A stretch of DNA of 64,000 nucleotides from Mobula hypostoma (GCF_963921235.1 NC_086117.1:32984001-33048000), one strand, 5' to 3'. Positions 37,981-51,310 are shown, counted from the first letter of the stretch. Translations and numbers: made by a program. The notes: generated from the letters alone by a model not told the origin.

Positions 37981-39260
37981 GAGCTTTATACTTCACAAAC
38001 AGCAATGACGTTCCTGATATGGCAATTCATACACGCTACCTCAAAATGTGCCAAATATGCAATCATAGTAATTATTACTGCAAGGCCTTTGTTCTCAACC
38101 AAACATGCTCCTATTTGACCCTCTACTTCAATAATCTGTCAACAAACATGACAGTTTTTAAATGTATATAATCAGTTTTCAACTTATTACCTTAAGCTTA
38201 CATTTTCTTTAAAATAATTCTGGCACGTAACATCTCAATATTTTTTCACTTTACTTTTATCTGCTGTGCATTTAGCTTTAGCTTGCAAGCATACTGCAGG
38301 GACTATACATCAGTTGTCCTCTGATTACAGCAGCCCACGACAATATAAACATGAAATTAAAGACGGCGAATTGATGAATCAGTTCTTTTGAAGCACACGG
38401 ACAGTACAGAAAATTTCTCCTGTAACTGTAGGCAAGTGATTATTAGAAAGAAAGAGACTGCGGTTAATGCTGTTAGGATTTGTATTAAAGCCCTTGAAAA
38501 GTATACAAAATAATGGATTTAAAACCAGTTTCATTTGGGAAGAATGGATTCTGATCAGAACATTCTTCATTTGCCTAGTTCAGTACTTCTACACCATTGA
38601 ATGTGACAGAATTTAGTTCAGTATGATTTGTATTCAACCCTTTTCTATGAAAGATATGTGTCTCTGAAAGAATAATAATAAGTGACAGAATTGTGATTCC
38701 ACCTAGTCCAGTAAAGCACAGACCTTGTTCACTTATGTATATGTTTCCAATGCTTGAAATTCCAACTGCAATTCAGCCAAATGTGTTACATTACTTTTAG
38801 GTAATGAATTCATTATTTCTATGGTAACAATGGAAGGAGTATGTCTCAGTCCTCCTCTGATGACAGTTGTGAGGGCACTTGCAGAAGAAAAGCTATATTT
38901 AAATGACACCTAGTGCTATGTTACAAGCAGCTGCTCAAAGTGATGAAAGGAACATCCTGCTGAGTTAAAGCTCCTGCCTTACTTTCCAGTAAAGGAGATA
39001 ACTTAGCCGACTCCTTTTCTGACAAAGCCGACTCAACAAAGACAATCAGTGACCATGACTGCATCTCAGCTGCCGAGACCCGCGTTTGATCCTGACCTTC
39101 AGTGCTGTTTCTGTCGAGTTTGTACATCTTCTCAAAGGGTCTCACCCCTGGGTGCTCTGGTTTCTTTCCTATTTCCGGAGAAGTGTTTGCTGGGGGTTTA
39201 TAGGCCAGTTACCTTATCCCCTATGTATAAGAGCAGCGGGAGCATCAGGGTGAGGTAGTA

Positions 39261-41219
39261 CGCAAACACGAGGAAATCTGCAGATGCTGGGATTTCAAGC
39301 AACACACATAAAAGTTGCTGGTGAACGCAGCAGGCCAGGCAGCATCTCTAGGAAGAGGTACAGTAGACGTTTCAGGCCAAGACCCTTCGTCAGGACTAAC
39401 TGAAAGAAGAGCTAGTAAGAGATTTGAAAGTGGGAGGAGGAGGGGGATATCAGAAATGATAGGAGAAGACAGGAGGGGGAGGGATGGAGCCAAGAGCTGG
39501 ACAGGTGATTGACAAAAGGGATATGAGAGGATCATGGGACAGGAGGCTTGAGGAGAAAGAAAGGGAGAAGGGGAAGCACAAGAGGATGGGCAAGGGGTAT
39601 AGTGAGAGGGACAGAGGGAGAAAAAGGAGAGAGAGAGAAAAAGAATGTGTGTGTATATAAATAAATAAATAAATAACGGATGGTGTACAAGGGGGAGGTG
39701 GGGTATTAGCGGAAGTTTGAGAAGTCAATGTTCATGCCATCAGGTTGGAGGCTACCCAGATCGAATATAAGGTGTTGTTCCTCCAACCTGAGTGTGGCTT
39801 CATCTTTACAGTAGAGGAGGCTGTGAATCGACATATCAGAAGGGGAATGGGATGCAGAATTAAAATGTGTGGCCACTGGGAGATCCTGCTTTCTCTGGCA
39901 GACAGAGCGTAGGTGTTCAGCGAAACGATCTCCCAGTCTGCATCGGGTCTCGCCAATATATAGAAGGCCGCATCGGGAGCACTGGACACAGTATATCACT
40001 CCAGCTGACTCACAGGTGAAGTGTTGCTTCACCTGGAAGGACTGTCTGGGGCCCTGAATGGTGGTGAGGGAGGAACTGTAAGGGCATGTGTAGCACTTGT
40101 TCCGCTTACAAGGATTAGTGCCAGGAGGGAGATCGGTGGGGAGGGATGGGGGGGATGAATGGACAAGGGAGTCGCATAGGGAGCGATCCCTGCGGAAAGC
40201 GGGTGTGGGGGGGACGGGAAAGATGTGCTTCGTGGTAGGATTCCATTGGAGGTGGCAGAAGTTACGGAGAATTATATGTTGGACCCAGAGGCTGGTGGGG
40301 TGGTAGGTGAGAACAAGAGGAATGCTATTCCTAGTGGGGTGGCGGGAGGATGGAGTGAGAGCAGATGTGCTTGAAATGGGGGAGATGCGTTTGAGAACAG
40401 AGTTGATGGTGGAGGAAGGGAAGCCTCTTTCTTTAAAAAAGGAGGACATCTCCTTCATCCTGGAATGAAAAGCCTCATCCTGAGAGCAGATACGGTGGAG
40501 ATAGAGGAATTGCGAGAAGGGGATGGCATTTTTGCAAGAGACAAGGTGAGAAGAGAAATCGTCCAGATCACTTTGAGAGTCAGTAAGCTTATAATAGACA
40601 TCAGTAGATAAGCTGTCTCCAGAGATAGAGACAGAAAGATATAAAAAGGGGAGGGAGGTGTTGGAAATGGACCAGGTAAACTTGAGGGCAAGGTGAAAAT
40701 TGGAGGTGAAGTTAATGAAGTCAACAAGCTCAGCATGTGTGCAGGAAGCAGCGCCAATGCAGTTGTCGATGTAGTGAAGGAAAAGTGGGGGACAGATACC
40801 AGAATAGGTTTGGAAAATAGATTGTTCCACAAAGCCAACAAAAAGGCAGGCATAGCTGGGACCCATACGGGTGCCCATGGCTACACCTTTAGTTTGGAGG
40901 AAGTGGGAGGAGCCAAAGGAGAAATTATTAAGAGTAAGGATTAATTCCACTAGACGGAGCAGATTGGTGGTAGAGGGAAACTGGCTAGGTCTAGAATCAA
41001 AAAAGAAGCGGACAGCTTTGAGACCTTCCTGATGGAGGATGGAAGTATATAGGGACTGGACATCCATGGTGAAAATAAAGCGGTGGGGGCCAGGGAACTT
41101 AAAATCATCGAAATGTTTCAGAGCGTGAGAAGTGTCACGAACATAGGCAGGAAGGGATTGAACAAGGGGGGATAAAACAGTATTGAGATATGCAGAACTG
41201 AGCACGAACATAGGTAGGA
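39261..41219 (-). mobile_element. 5'-truncated Neptune-type Penelope-like retroelement
   Basis: RT, Cys-rich linker and GIY-YIG, plus a terminal repeat with a hammerhead motif. 14-bp TSD agggtgaggtagta at 39247-39260 and 41220-41233. Confidence 0.95.
39361..39398 (-). ncRNA. Minimal hammerhead motif in PLE terminal repeat
   Basis: tagtc-CTGACGA-agggtcttggcct-GAAAC-GTC-tactg. Confidence 0.7.
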
Positions 41220-41412
41220 AGGGTGAGGTAGTAATTGTCATACGGATGCCTAACTCACAAGCATATCCTTTTCTGTCAGTTGCAAGCCCCTGGAAGGGAA
41301 AGGAAAACTGAAAATTTAATGAATAGGGGCTTGATGATTGACATGGATGTGGTGCGTGCAAGAAGCTATTTCTGTGCTGTGTAATTGCTTGTGACGTGGC
41401 TGTAAAGTGCAT
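39706..41412 (-). pseudogene. PLE RT and GIY-YIG reading frame, 568 aa; the N-terminal ~64 codons come from flanking DNA
   Basis: FTMDVQSLYT, QTKGVAMGTRMGPSYA, YIDN (canonical YIDD), PCKRNKCYTC, VIYCVQCSRCGLLYIGET. Confidence 0.9.
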
Positions 41413-41479
41413 CAGGGCACCTGATAATCCAGGACTTCGCTACACATTGGATCGCAGTTAGAAACTGATGCAGTTGCAA

Positions 41480-42530
41480 AGTAGTAGTGTGATCACTTGA
41501 GCCGACTACGATGTTCTCCTGAGGGATTGTCTACTGGTGGGTCCTCAGGTGGCTGTGGGAACTGATCCTGAATCTTGTAGTATGGGCAAGAGGAAGTGAT
41601 GGCTGTGCTTAGAGGTTGGGTCTTTTGGTTGTTCAGTCTCTCCTCTCGTAGCTGCCACTTGTTCTCTGTCGCAAAGCAGAGCTCGTTCTCATGTAACGTG
41701 GCTCACTGTTGAACAGATTTCCTTCAGATGTGTCTACTAAGTGAAATGCCTTCCCAGTTTTTAGATGTACGAGGGGTGACTGATAAGTTCATGGCCTAAG
41801 GCAGAAGGAGTCAATTTTAGAAAACCTAGCACATTTATTTTTCAACATAGTCCCCTCCTACATTTACACACAGTCCAGTGGTCGTGGAGCATACGGATCT
41901 TGGACCTCCAGAAAGTGTCCACAGCAGGGGTGATTGATACGTTTGTGGCCCAAGGTAGAAGGAGATGAATTATACAGCTCTCGTTACATGCACATGCAGT
42001 TCAACTCTTTGAGTGATTATGCAGAATGTTTGAAGTTAATAACTTATCTCCTTCTACCTTAGGCCACGAACTTATCAATCACCTTTGATGAGTTATTAAC
42101 TTCAAACTTTATGCATAATCACTCGAAGAGTTGAACTGCACGTGTATGTAACGAGAGGGATATAACTCATTTCCTTCTACCTTCGGCCACAAACTTATTA
42201 ATCACCTCTGCTGTGGACACTTTCTGGAGGTCCAAGATCCGTATGCTCCACGACCGCTGGACTAAGTGTGCAAGTGTAGGAGGGGACTATGTTGAAAAAT
42301 AAATGTGCTAGGTTTTCTAAAGTTGACTCCTTCTACCTTAGGCCACGAACTTATCAATCACCCCTTGTAATGTTGAATTTCTTCAGGCTGATTTTGATGT
42401 TAACTTTAAAAAATTTTCTTTGCCCACTAGGGGCTCACTGACCTTTCTTCAATTGGGAGTAAAGGATCTGTTTGGGAAGACGTATGTTAGGCATGCAGAT
42501 GATATGACATATCCTTTGGAGTCTGATCGC
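41480..42530 (-). mobile_element. Old RTE-clade LINE 3' fragment interrupted by the mariner MITE
   Basis: Antisense HIICMPNIRLPKQILYSQLKKGQ*APSGQRKFFKVNIKISLKKFNI at 42370-42510 is a typical RTE C-terminal region. Confidence 0.7.
41770..42367. mobile_element. Mariner-derived fold-back MITE, 598 bp
   Basis: TA at 41768-69 and 42368-69; TIR cgaggggtgactgataagtt; near-palindromic throughout. The right arm carries a transposase C-terminus KIRMLHDRWTKCASVGGDYVEK* (42234-42302), mirrored in the left arm. Confidence 0.92.
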
Positions 42531-44213
42531 CCCATTACAAGGTTGTTATACATTATCATGAATTAGAATATCTTAATAATACAAATAATAATTGGGACCC
42601 AATTCCTTTCCCCGTACATTCAGAAACTGATGGAGAACGTATCATGAAAGTAACTGGACAAGAAAAGATAGACGTTTAGTGGTTGGTGAGTTTTCCACTT
42701 TATGCAGAAACAAAGCTACAGGTTTACTTTATGAGGATAATGAAGTTCAGTTTTATGAAAGCAACACCAGTGGTGATTTGGATGATACAGCACAGAAGCA
42801 GACTCTTCAGCCCAACTGGTCCAGGTTGATAATTATCATCTAAACTTGTCCCTTTTACCTGCATTTGACCCATATTCCTTTAAACCTTTCCGACCCATGT
42901 ACCCATACAAATAGTATTATATCCAGGCTGTAGGACACATTTTAAGCAAATGCAAAGACAAGACATTAGTTTATTTGCTCTTCAGAAGACCTTAAGTTAA
43001 ACAGAAAACATAGTGGCAGCAGGGACACCTTGAAATAATTAGCAGAAATAACTCATAGAAATAACATCAGTCAACCAAGCCTCATTAACCATTTGCTGGA
43101 TCAGGAGGTGTATTAATAGTCGCATTAGCTTTGTCTGAATTCTGGAAGATCATCGGTTGGTTAAATCTCACATTTACTGAATATAGTATCTCTAGTATAT
43201 TACTGGAATAACAGACATGCAGTAAACAATGTTTTGTTTAGCTATGCAGATATTGAGTGCCATTCAAACACACCTGTCACTCAAAGTTGAGCAAGGAGCC
43301 ATAATATCCAAGCATACAATTTTAGATCATAGTGTCACTTTAAATGACCTATGGATGTAGTTCAAGTACCTGCTTCTTTCTCAGATATCCTATAAGTATT
43401 ACTCTTCAACTTTTTAGCTGCATTTTAAAATTCCACGTTTTGCACCTGCTGCCCATTGAAGGAATATTTTGTTTCTCCTTCAGGAGTCCCTTGGAATCAA
43501 AAAGAGCCCACTTTGGTTTTCAATCTTCTGAGGTGACTGAGGAACAGTGCAACATCCACAGGCTATTCTGGAGATGAAGCAGGAGCTGACTGAAGAATTA
43601 AATGAGTGAATAGTTTCCGGTTGTTTATTCCTTTGAACATTTACACAGTGCGACATTTACTCATGGATTTAAGCTTCCCAGATCTCAATCTTAAATATCC
43701 TTTTCCCACTCTGAGAAGAGTGTCCAGCCCAGTAATAAATGTTCTGCCCTTTTGGGCAATTGATTTACTGCAGGTTTCTCTATATGATTAAGCACATTCA
43801 GCTTTTATTTTAATGAGCAGTTTCTGATCTATATTATGTCACTTCTTGTGCAGCCAGGAAGTAGTAAGTAGAACATCACATTGGCTGACAGTAGGCCAGA
43901 GGTTAATGTTAGGAGTGAAAGAAGTTTCTATCCAAAGCCATCCTGTTGTCCTCAGGAGAAGCATTGCTTGTAAGCTGATATTATATTGGTTATAAGTTAA
44001 TCGAAAGGTATCAATAATATTTTGCTGAAATAGAATGACAATCTTGAGTTTATTTGACACTAACCTAGATGCTAATGCTTTACACATACTGTAGTATCTA
44101 CTTGTCAAAATGTTATAATATTTACCTACAGAAAACTTAACCAAGTTCGTCCTTACCTGTGTATATTTGCTTGTGTGAATGGAACAATGCAGTAATTGCA
44201 CTCTATTTTGTTG

Positions 44214-44307
44214 CTGACGAAGGGTCTCGGCCTGAAACGTCGACTGCACCTCTTCCTAGAGATGCTGCCTGGCCTGCTGCGTTCACCAGCAACTTTTATG
44301 TGTGTTG
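44214..44307 (+). mobile_element. About 94-bp PLE mini-insertion starting exactly at the hammerhead core
   Basis: CTGACGA-agggtctcggcct-GAAAC-GTC-gactg. 13-bp TSD ctattttgttgct at 44203-44215 and 44308-44320, overlapping the core by 2 bp. Confidence 0.88.
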
Positions 44308-44809
44308 CTATTTTGTTGCTGTTCAGTTTCACTCCTTATTCACTGTGTCATGTCATTGAGTCTGCAATAAAACCAAGGAGCTAGGAGACTATACCCTGGT
44401 TCTCAAGTTATTCTTGAATGGACTTTGGCTGACTGTCTAGTTGATGCTACAGCACCTCAGTGAGGGCAGTACAATAAAGTTGTTGGCTATTTTTAAGATA
44501 GCACTTGGGACATTGTTCTCTTTCTCTGTCCACTTGGTAATCAGTTTGCATGAGAGAGCACAAAATAGAGTTTCCATTTTAAGAGCTACTGTCAGCCATA
44601 CGAGCAGTGTGGCCTGCCCTTCAGTTGACTGAGTGTAATTCGGGGTTTGACGCTGAGAGTGTTGGCCTGGGAGAGATCACTGACCTCGGTGCATTTATCT
44701 TTCTAGGGGACTTAGAGGACATGGAGGAAACAGAATTGGTGATCTGAGGAGCTAGACGTAGGTAGTCGCAAGAGCAAATAGAAGTTCAGCAATCACAAAT
44801 GACTAGAAA

Positions 44810-45780
44810 AGCTTTGACTTTATTTATTTATCATCACTGCCATATGTAAAAGTACATGTATGCACAGATATAATGAAAAACTTACAGCAGCATCACAGAT
44901 ACATTGCATCATATAAGCAACATTCACAAGGAAAAACATAAATTAAGCATAAATTATACACAAAAATTGCAAAAAATACAAATAGAACAAAAAAGTAAAT
45001 GTTCGTGCAAAGTGGTGAAAGTAGCCATGGTTTTGCTGAACTTTTGTGATTAGGGTTGTGCTAGTCCGTTCAGCAACTGAGTGGTTGAAGGGAAGTAGCT
45101 ATTTTCTTAGTAATTCTTCAACCTGATGGTGTGGGATTTCAAGCTTCTGTACCTCCTGCCTTGTAGCTGCTATGTAGCTGATGCAACGTCCTGGGCAGTG
45201 GAAATCTTAGATGACAGATGTTGCCTTATTGAGGCAGTTCCTCCTGTAGATACTACCAATGATAGAAAAATGTGCTAATGATGTATTGAGCAGTGTCCCC
45301 ATCTCCTCACAGCTTGTTTTGTTCCTGTGTATTCAAATTGTCCTACCAGACCATGATTCAACCAGTCAGAATAATTTCAAAAGTACATCTATAGAAGTTT
45401 TATTACAGACAAGCCAAACCTCCTTAACCTTTTAAGAAAGTAAAGATGCTGGTGCATTTTCCTTATGATTGCATCAATATGTTGTGTTCAAGAAAAGATA
45501 TCCATTATGTTAATTCTAGGAATTTAAAACTGCTAACTCTATCCACCTCTGATCCAATAACGTAGACTAGTGCAGGTTTCCCTCCTTCCCCTTCCTGAGG
45601 TCAACAGTCAGTTGTTTATTTTTACTGATGTTGGGCAGCAGGGCGAGCTGGTGACCTGCTTTGTTCCAATAAGATGATACTTCGTCACATGTGATTTGTC
45701 CAGCAACACTAGTGTTGTCAGGGAATTTGAAGGTGATATTGGAGGTATGCTTAACTACATAGCCATGTGGGTATACAGAT
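44810..45780 (-). mobile_element. Rex1/Babar-type LINE RT-to-3' fragment, old
   Basis: Antisense THMAM*LSIPPISPSNSLTTLV / FKFPDNTSVAG region at about 45700-45775; FKFLELT at about 45510-45530; 3' UTR. Confidence 0.65.
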
Positions 45781-45909
45781 TAACAAAGTTTGTACCAGGT
45801 TTGAAGGCTTGATTTCAAACACCTTTTTGCTTAGTTGATCAAAAGCTGTGCAAGCACACCAAATACGATGGTGAATTAGGATGACTGCTTTGTCTAAGAT
45901 GGAGATCCT

Positions 45910-46090
45910 GGGGTGACAAAGTGATGTAGCTAGTAGAGCTGCTGCATTACAGCTTCAGTGGTTGAAACCTAATCTTCCATCCTGTGAAGTTCGCACATTC
46001 TCTGTGTGACTGCATGGGTTTCCCAAGTACTCTGGTTTCTTCTCACAACCACACAACCAAGAGATTTGCAGATTGATTGCTCCATTATTG
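45910..46090 (+). mobile_element. HE1-like tRNA SINE, degenerate
   Basis: gtgatgtagctagtagagctgctgc head; gtgactgcatgggtttccc core. Confidence 0.55.
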
Positions 46091-46190
46091 TCAGTTAATC
46101 ATTTCTTCTTGCACTACTTCAGTTTGCATTGCAATTTTTGCATCATTCTGTTGCTTTGCGCTCATCACTATTGTATTTATTGTTCCTAGG

Positions 46191-46889
46191 TGTAAGGGGG
46201 TTTCCTCTTTTATGTTACTGCGTAGGCTAATTAAAATGGCTTCTTCGTTATGTTATACTTGGGGATGCTTTTTTGTTATGTTAAACGCTGAGAAAGTTCC
46301 GGCGCTAGCAGTTTGTTTTGGGTTAGAGCGTGATAAGAATATGTTATGAACCAACTGGGATAGTTGTTATGTTTTTGGTGTATTTGAAGATACTGTATGC
46401 GCGGGGTTTTGGGGCAGAAGGCGGGAGCGAGAGACAGAGGATGGACCAGGTGCTGTGAGTCTGCTAACAGGGTCAGACCCCGAGGAGGGCGTTCAGTGAG
46501 GAGAGGAGACGGAGACGGACTCGTGTGGAGCGTCTGGTTGACCACCGTTGTTGGTCCCAGGCGGCCGGTTGAGGTGGTCCGAGGGGTCGCAGGGTGAAGA
46601 AGAAGGGTCCTGAGCTCCATTTGTTTGTGCACGAAGAGGTTGAACTTTGATAAGTGTGGCGCCTTTTATTTTCCTTTTATATTTTATTCTCCATTAATTA
46701 TATAGATCCAGTAATATCTATAAACCGTAAATCATTTAATTGTATCTGGTATATTGTCTGTTATTTGGTCGGGGTGGGGTACATCACACAGCATCCACAC
46801 AAACTAATTACCCAGTTTGCTGGGGCCGAGGGCTATTTCCCTAGACGACAGAGAGCCAAGCGACCCTGAGGCTAGCCAGGGGGGCTACA
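46191..46889 (+). mobile_element. Solo LTR, 699 bp
   Basis: tgtaag..ctaca ends; 4-bp TSD-like tagg/tatg; highly similar inverted copy at 59501-60195. Confidence 0.88.
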
Positions 46890-48659
46890 TATGTATACTG
46901 TAAGCTTCAAGAGAGCAAAGAACTACATAGCATACTGATGTATTTGATAATAAACTAATCTGAGCAACGTGTTTTCCCAGATCCCCTAACAGATAAATGA
47001 CCTTTGTCTTTGAGACAGTGCTTTGTTCTGACAGACTCCTGCTCCCTAATTCATCAGCAGACTTGATTCAAGAAAACAGGATTGGGAAGAGCAACTTAGC
47101 TGCACTAGGATGAGTGCACTAGAATATCTATAAAATTGCATGCATGTTGTACTCCTCAGAAAGTTAGTTCCATTGACCAAATTGTATCTTGACTGGGAAT
47201 TAATCTTTAAGATGTATATTCACCCTGTTCAGCTAAAGTACACCACGTCTTCCCAGAAATTAATAATTTCCATTTATTTTTTGAGTTCCCTGCAAAGTAC
47301 CTCAATAAACAACCTGAAAAAAAACAAAGTCAAAGACTTTGAAATTTCATTGTGAAATATTTGTAACTGATGTTTTAATTCTTTAATATATTTTGCTTTC
47401 CTGTTTCCTGCAATCTTATTGTTTTACTGTTATTAAGATTTACTTCTGTCACCCGGAATAAGTCTTTTTGAATGCAAGTTTAATAGGAATAAAGCATGCT
47501 TCATGATAGATGCCATTAGTAAGTCTGCTTGGGGCAAATGTGGGATGGTTGAGGTACGGTCTAGAGGTTCTCCACCTGTTTCAAAAATCATGGCTTCAGT
47601 CAAAATCAGATATGAACAGACCTTTATGCACTTTAATTTTGTCACATAAAATGTCCAATTGATCTCACTCTCTGAGGTGGCACAAGTTACAGCTCTTCTG
47701 TGTTTTGAACATGAGCTTACAGGGAACTCACACAAGGCTGTCTGTGTTTTCCCCACTTTGAATGGTAATAGGTGGGAAGTTAAAGAAACTTTGCTATGAT
47801 TGCACTGGGCGGGATACAAATACAGGTTTCAGAGTTGAAGGGTGACACTTTTCTCTTCTACCTTTCCCTTTCATAGAGTGATCTAATATAACCACAAATT
47901 ACTGCTAACTGGTTGTGTGGTTCAGAAAGATTTCTGGGAAATCATGCTCATGATGCACCTCATCATAAATGTGAAAATTGCATGGATGATGGATGGAATT
48001 AGTTACCTTTCATTATGAATTGCAAATCTCCACAATTTTCTGGTTAATTTACACCAGTGTTGCCTTCACTTCCTTTGATCTCCTGTTGTTTTCAAGAGCT
48101 TGCTGGATTTGCACATTAATTGCTCATAAAACACATTGCCAAATGTTATTTCTGATTAGAGTTTACCTACCTCTTAAACTATTTTTTAAATCTGAAATTA
48201 TCTCTGCTCCTAAATTCTTCAGTCTTAGCAGTTTATAAGACTGTTTATTTGCAGAGTTTAAACAGATCAGATTTATAATTTTTGATTGGATGTTTCCATC
48301 TCTAATTTTTAATCTTTCCCTTGCTTTATTTTTTTCATTTTGTACCCAATTTATCCATAATTCTCCCCCTTCTATTACTTTGCTCTCAATTTTAAAAGAA
48401 CATTTGTTTTAAAGAAGCATTGTTAAATTCCTCCATTACCATAGAATAAAGGTAAATCCAAAAATTCTACTTTCAATTGGATTTCTTCAAGGAACATGCT
48501 CACGGCATCAGCAAAGGAAGATGTAATTAGATTCTAGGTCAGCTAGAATATTTTCTTTAATCTGGATGTACTAGAGATGCCTGCTGCACTTAAAGAAGTA
48601 AGTCACCAGATCCAGGTTGAATGCGAGTAGCAGGAGCCAGACACTTGTAATGAAAGCTA

Positions 48660-49000
48660 CCAAATTTTGAAAGGACTAGATAAGGTGGATGTGGAGAGGA
48701 TGTTCCCTCTAGTGGGGTTACCCAGAACTAGAGGGCATAGCCTCTAGATATAAGGGAGACCTTTTAAAACAGAAGGAAGGAGGAATTTTTTTTAGCCAAA
48801 GAGGGGATAATCTGTGGAATGCTCTGCCATAGACTGTGGGAATATTTAAAGTGGAAGTTGATAGATTCCTGATTGGTCAAGGGATATGGTGAGAAGCCAG
48901 GTGCATGAGGTTGAATGGGGTCTGGGATCAGCCTGATGAAATGGCAGAGAGGACAATGAACTCAATGGCCTAATTCTGCTCCTATGTCTTATGATTTTAT
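48660..49000 (+). mobile_element. CR1 3' end fragment
   Basis: Same family as 15185-15556. Confidence 0.85.
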
Positions 49001-49325
49001 GGAAAGGTTATTTTCAAACTGATGGCAAGTGCAATGCGAATTTTCACGAAGATTGTATCCTGGACTATTGCTTTCCTTATTATATGTTAATGACATGGAT
49101 ATTCAGAGCAATTTTTGAAATGTGCAAATGAAACAAAACCTGTAACTGTAATGAACTGTGAGGATGATAGAAATAGACCAAAGAGATATAGACGGGCCAA
49201 TGGAATGGGTAGAGAAATAAATGTTATGCTAAGAAATGCAAAGTGTTGCATTTTGATGATAGGAATAAGAATAAATTAGAGTCACATTTTTCAAAGGTGT
49301 GCAAGAGGAGGCATCAGAAATATGC

Positions 49326-50008
49326 TACACACGTCAAAGTTGCTGGTGAACGCAGCAGGCCAGGCAGCATCTGTAGGAAGAGGTGCAGTCGACATTTCAG
49401 GCTGAGACCCTTCATCAGGACTAACTGAAGGAAGAGTGAGTAAGAGATTTGAAAGTTGGAGGGGGAGGGGAGATCCAAAATGATAGGAGAAGACAGGAGG
49501 GGGAGGGATGGAGCCAAGAGCTGGACAGGTGATTGGCAAAAGGGATACGAGAGGTTCATGGGACAGAAGGTCCGGGAAGAAAGACAAGTGGGGGGGGGGG
49601 TAACCCAGAGGATGGGCAAGGGGTATATTCAGAGGGACAGAGGGAGAAAAAGGAGAGTGAGAGAAAGAATGTGTGTATAAAAATAAGTAGCAGATGGGGT
49701 ACGAGGGGGAGGTGGGGCATTAGCGGAAGTTAGAGAAGTCGATGTTCATGCCATCAGGTTGGAGGCTACCCAGATGGAATATAAGGTGCTGTTCCTCCAA
49801 CCTGAGTGTGGCTTCATCTTTACAGTAGAGGAGGCCATGGATAGACATGTCAGAATGGGAATGGGATGTGGAGTTAAAATGTGTGGCCACTGGGAGATCC
49901 TGCTTTCTCTGGCGGACAGAGCGTAGGTGTTCAGCAAAGCGGTCTCCCAGTCTGCGTCGGGTCTCGCCAATATATAAAAGGCCACATCAGGAGCACCGGA
50001 TGCAGTAT
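49326..50008 (-). mobile_element. PLE 3' fragment (GIY-YIG end and terminal repeat)
   Basis: Close match to 39261-39995. 13-bp TSD atcagaaatatgc at 49313-49325 and 50009-50021. Hammerhead motif at 49386-49423. Confidence 0.92.
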
Positions 50009-50334
50009 ATCAGAAATATGCAGCCAGGGTCAGGGTCAGTGACAGAAGCCGATACCATTACAACTTTTAATAGACACTTAGACGTACACATGAGTAAGTT
50101 GGGGAAATAGGGATGAGGACAAGTCTAGACAGATGGGATTATTTTAATTTGGTTGGCCTAGACATTGTGAGCCAAAAAGCTAATTCTTTTGTTGTACTTT
50201 TCTGTGTTCTATATTGTGTATTCTATGCGCACAGCTAATAGGGCAGGGTGAGAAAAAAATAGATTAAAAAGAATATGGGAGTGTGTCCATTATAAGTAAA
50301 GGTGAAGGGTAAGGAAAACATGATACGCCTTCAT

Positions 50335-50580
50335 AAATTTTATTTTTTTATTTAGAGATACAGAGCAGAACAGGACCTTCTAGTCCAATGAGCTGCACCA
50401 CCAGCTTCCTACTAATTTAACTCTAATCACTGGGCAATTTACAAAGACCAATTTCCCTACTAACTGGTAGAACTTTGGATTGTGGGAGGAAACTGGAGCA
50501 CCCGGAGGAAATTCACATGCAAAACTGACAGACAGCACCACAATTGAACTGCAAACTCAGATGCCCCAAGTAGTATTAGT
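50335..50580 (-). mobile_element. HE1-like SINE
   Basis: Similar to 8527-8825 (gtgggaggaaactggagcacccggaggaa). Confidence 0.7.
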
Positions 50581-50619
50581 ATCGTCCAGACTGTAACTGG
50601 TTCAACCATGACGGGAGTT

Positions 50620-51310
50620 TTGTAAAGAGTTCTGCATGCTATAACTTACTGAAGATATGAAGGAAACAGAAAAGAATGTGAAATTGATTCCAGGGGTAAA
50701 TGGTTTTAGCTTTGTGGATAGAATAGAAAAGGTAATATTATTCTCCTTGGATGAGAAAAGGTTGTGAGGGGATCTGATATTTAAAATCATGCAGCATATG
50801 GACTGAACAGATGGAGGGAAACTGTTATTGGCAGAAAGAGTGTCAAGGAGTGATTGTGATTGACAGAAGAACAAAACATGAAATGAGAAATTCTTTACTT
50901 CACAGCAGGTTATTCGTTGCTGGAGTATACCGTCAGAGGTAGCAATGAAGGGATTAGTGCATTAGGGAGGAAGTGAGATTGACTGAAAAAAATTGCAGGC
51001 CTTTGCGGAAGGGGCAAGAGAGGGACTAACTGGCTCCCTATTACAGATACTATGTACTATGTAGAACATACAAGAGTATATTACAGGAATTGGCCCTTTG
51101 GCTCATGATGTGCTGAACTAATTAAACTAGTAATTAAATACCCAACTAAACTAATTGCTTCTACCTATCCAATGTCTATATTCTCCCATTCCCTGGACAT
51201 TCATGTGCTTACTAAGAGCCTCTTAAACACATCTATTGTATTGTCTCCACTGCCAGACCTGGCACTGAATTCCAGGTACTCATCACCCTCTGCATAAAAA
51301 TCTTGCCCTA
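50620..51310. mobile_element. Two old CR1 3' fragments, tail to tail (plus 50620-51050; minus 51060-51310)
   Basis: ttctccttggatgagaaaaggttgtgaggggatctgata; antisense tail tagaacatacaag..ggccctttggctcat. Confidence 0.6.

Noticed and set aside
38983-39020. 36-nt minus-strand micro-exon candidate (EKESAKLSPLLE)
   Set aside because: Weak polypyrimidine tract; too short to support without RNA data.
43465-43610. Candidate exon after the strong acceptor tttgtttctccttcag
   Set aside because: No convincing donor, no recognisable peptide and no neighbouring exons.
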